A DNA stretch of 64,000 nt from Mollicutes bacterium. Its GTDB lineage: Bacteria > Bacillota_I > Bacilli_A > RF39 > UBA660. A program made the position numbers and the translations under genes. Below are positions 62,926 through 64,000 of this stretch, in pieces. The stretch spans positions 7,802-71,801 of the forward strand of contig SFOJ01000004.1 of assembly GCA_004552445.1 (NCBI GenBank), in the 5' to 3' direction. Positions within the stretch are counted from its first letter, which is position 1. Every line of letters starts with the position of its first letter. The notes under the pieces are model-generated. The model was not told where the DNA came from. It saw only the letters and a list, made by a program, of their open reading frames with translations, and did not search any database.

Positions 62926-63147
62926 TTATTTTGATGCATCAAGTATCTTTGTGATTAAATCTACACTATCAACGAAATTATCTATTTTGTCGATGGTTCT
63001 TAATTTATACTTTATTTTCATACTTTTAATAAATTCATTATACTTAGTTGGATTTCTATTTAATGTTTTATACCATATTGAATTTTGTCTTAAATATTTT
63101 AGATATTTTGGATCCTGTTTTAATTTTTCAAGTATTTCTCTATTCAT
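62926..63147 (-). CDS. YlbE-like protein
   Basis: YLRQNSIWYKTLNRNP motif; start overlaps the upstream gene. Confidence 0.6.
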   Translation of the reverse strand: MNREILEKLKQDPKYLKYLRQNSIWYKTLNRNPTKYNEFIKSMKIKYKLRTIDKIDNFVDSVDLITKILDASK

Positions 63148-63493
63148 CTTTATCTCCATATAAGTTATCTATTTTTGATTCCTTTGGAGTGCTTGTTTCT
63201 TCTTTCTTTGTTTCTTTAGTTAATTCTTCTACTAATGATACAGCTTTTTGTATTGAATTAATATTTTCTTCTAACGAGGCTATATCAATGCTTTTTATAG
63301 TGTTTAAGAGGCCTTTTATACTGAACGTATCTTTATGTGATGAGTTCAAGTATTTATTCCATATGCTTTCATTTTCACCGTATATATCATATAACTCATA
63401 TAATGATTGCCATGTTGTATTATTATTTCTAACCATATCTATAAAGTCAGGGTGAGAAGCTATAAATTTTTTAAAATTATCTAATTTTGTCAT
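63140..63493 (-). CDS. YlbD-like (putative coat) protein
   Basis: FKKFIASHPDFIDMVRNNNTTWQSLYELY pattern; precedes the ylbE-like gene as in Bacillus. Confidence 0.5.
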   Translation of the reverse strand: MTKLDNFKKFIASHPDFIDMVRNNNTTWQSLYELYDIYGENESIWNKYLNSSHKDTFSIKGLLNTIKSIDIASLEENINSIQKAVSLVEELTKETKKEETSTPKESKIDNLYGDKDE

Positions 63494-63530
63494 ATTAAAT
63501 TATATTAAAAAAGATATACATAATGCATAT

Positions 63531-64000
63531 CTATTTCTTTATTTCAAAGTAATTACCACTATCTAAATATAATATTCCTTTTTTATTATCTAGTTTAGTA
63601 ACTATTTCTAAATACTTATTTAGTAGGTTTGTTCTTTTTGATGTAATATATACTTCATTACCATCATTCATATATAATAGGAATCTTTCACTATCGTATG
63701 AAGTTTTATTATATTCTATTTCACTTATCATATTTATTATATTTGAATCTATGTCTTTAAATTTATTTACAAATTTCTTTTCTACTTCTTCAGGAACATA
63801 ATTAATTAATGTTGGTACTCCAGTAACATTATCTAAACTATAATTTTTATTATCTGAAACTTTATATTCATTATTACTTCTTATATGATATAAAATTTTT
63901 TTTTCTTTTATGGTTATTCTTAAAATAAAACCAAATTCTTTTTTTATTTCTACATCTTCTATTAAATCTAATGTAGATAATTTATTTTTTATTTTCTTTC
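63531..64000 (-). CDS. hypothetical protein, C-terminal part (frame open to the window end)
   Basis: The frame of the 66-aa track ORF stays open upstream to base 64000 (…KKIKNKLSTLDLIEDVEIKKEFGF…). Confidence 0.5.
   Translation of the reverse strand, partial: KKIKNKLSTLDLIEDVEIKKEFGFILRITIKEKKILYHIRSNNEYKVSDNKNYSLDNVTGVPTLINYVPEEVEKKFVNKFKDIDSNIINMISEIEYNKTSYDSERFLLYMNDGNEVYITSKRTNLLNKYLEIVTKLDNKKGILYLDSGNYFEIKK

Overview
Very AT-rich Bacillota chromosome segment, standard genetic code, most genes on the minus strand. The sigK, ylbD/ylbE, ylbM (tmcAL) and yolD-type genes point to a Bacilli/Erysipelotrichales-like spore-former, while the tmRNA tag ends like a Mollicute tag. Most of the window is housekeeping: nrdD/nrdG, sigK, ileS, lepA, rpoD, ppa, rpmF, tmcAL, polA, polC, lysS, aspS, gpmA, tyrS, dut, efp, rpmG and nfo. 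There are three T-box leaders with readable specifier codons (Ile, Asp, Tyr), tRNA-Gln(CUG), tRNA-Thr(CGU) and tmRNA. Scattered type IV pilus parts (pilC-like, prepilin peptidase, one pilin) and two TasA/camelysin-type secreted proteins are also present. The stretch from about 38 to 51 kb looks accessory. It holds a YolD/Y-family polymerase pair, DUF1697, GNAT, a GntR-ABC module, tag and a second ABC module. It also holds a roughly 4.5 kb integrative mobilizable element (large serine recombinase plus MobV relaxase) beside the tRNA/tmRNA locus. I saw no rRNA, CRISPR array, reverse transcriptase or recognisable defence system. The best leads are: (1) the glycyl-radical loop of class III RNR is a free-standing 52-codon gene between the nrdD core and nrdG; (2) seven helically phased CGGAAA repeats sit on the promoter of an ABC operon with no regulator nearby; (3) one Asp T-box unit appears to drive aspS, an unknown 242-aa gene, lysS and a membrane protein; (4) a Tyr T-box has dut as its first gene, ahead of tyrS. 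Family calls rest on motif recognition by eye, because no database search was possible.
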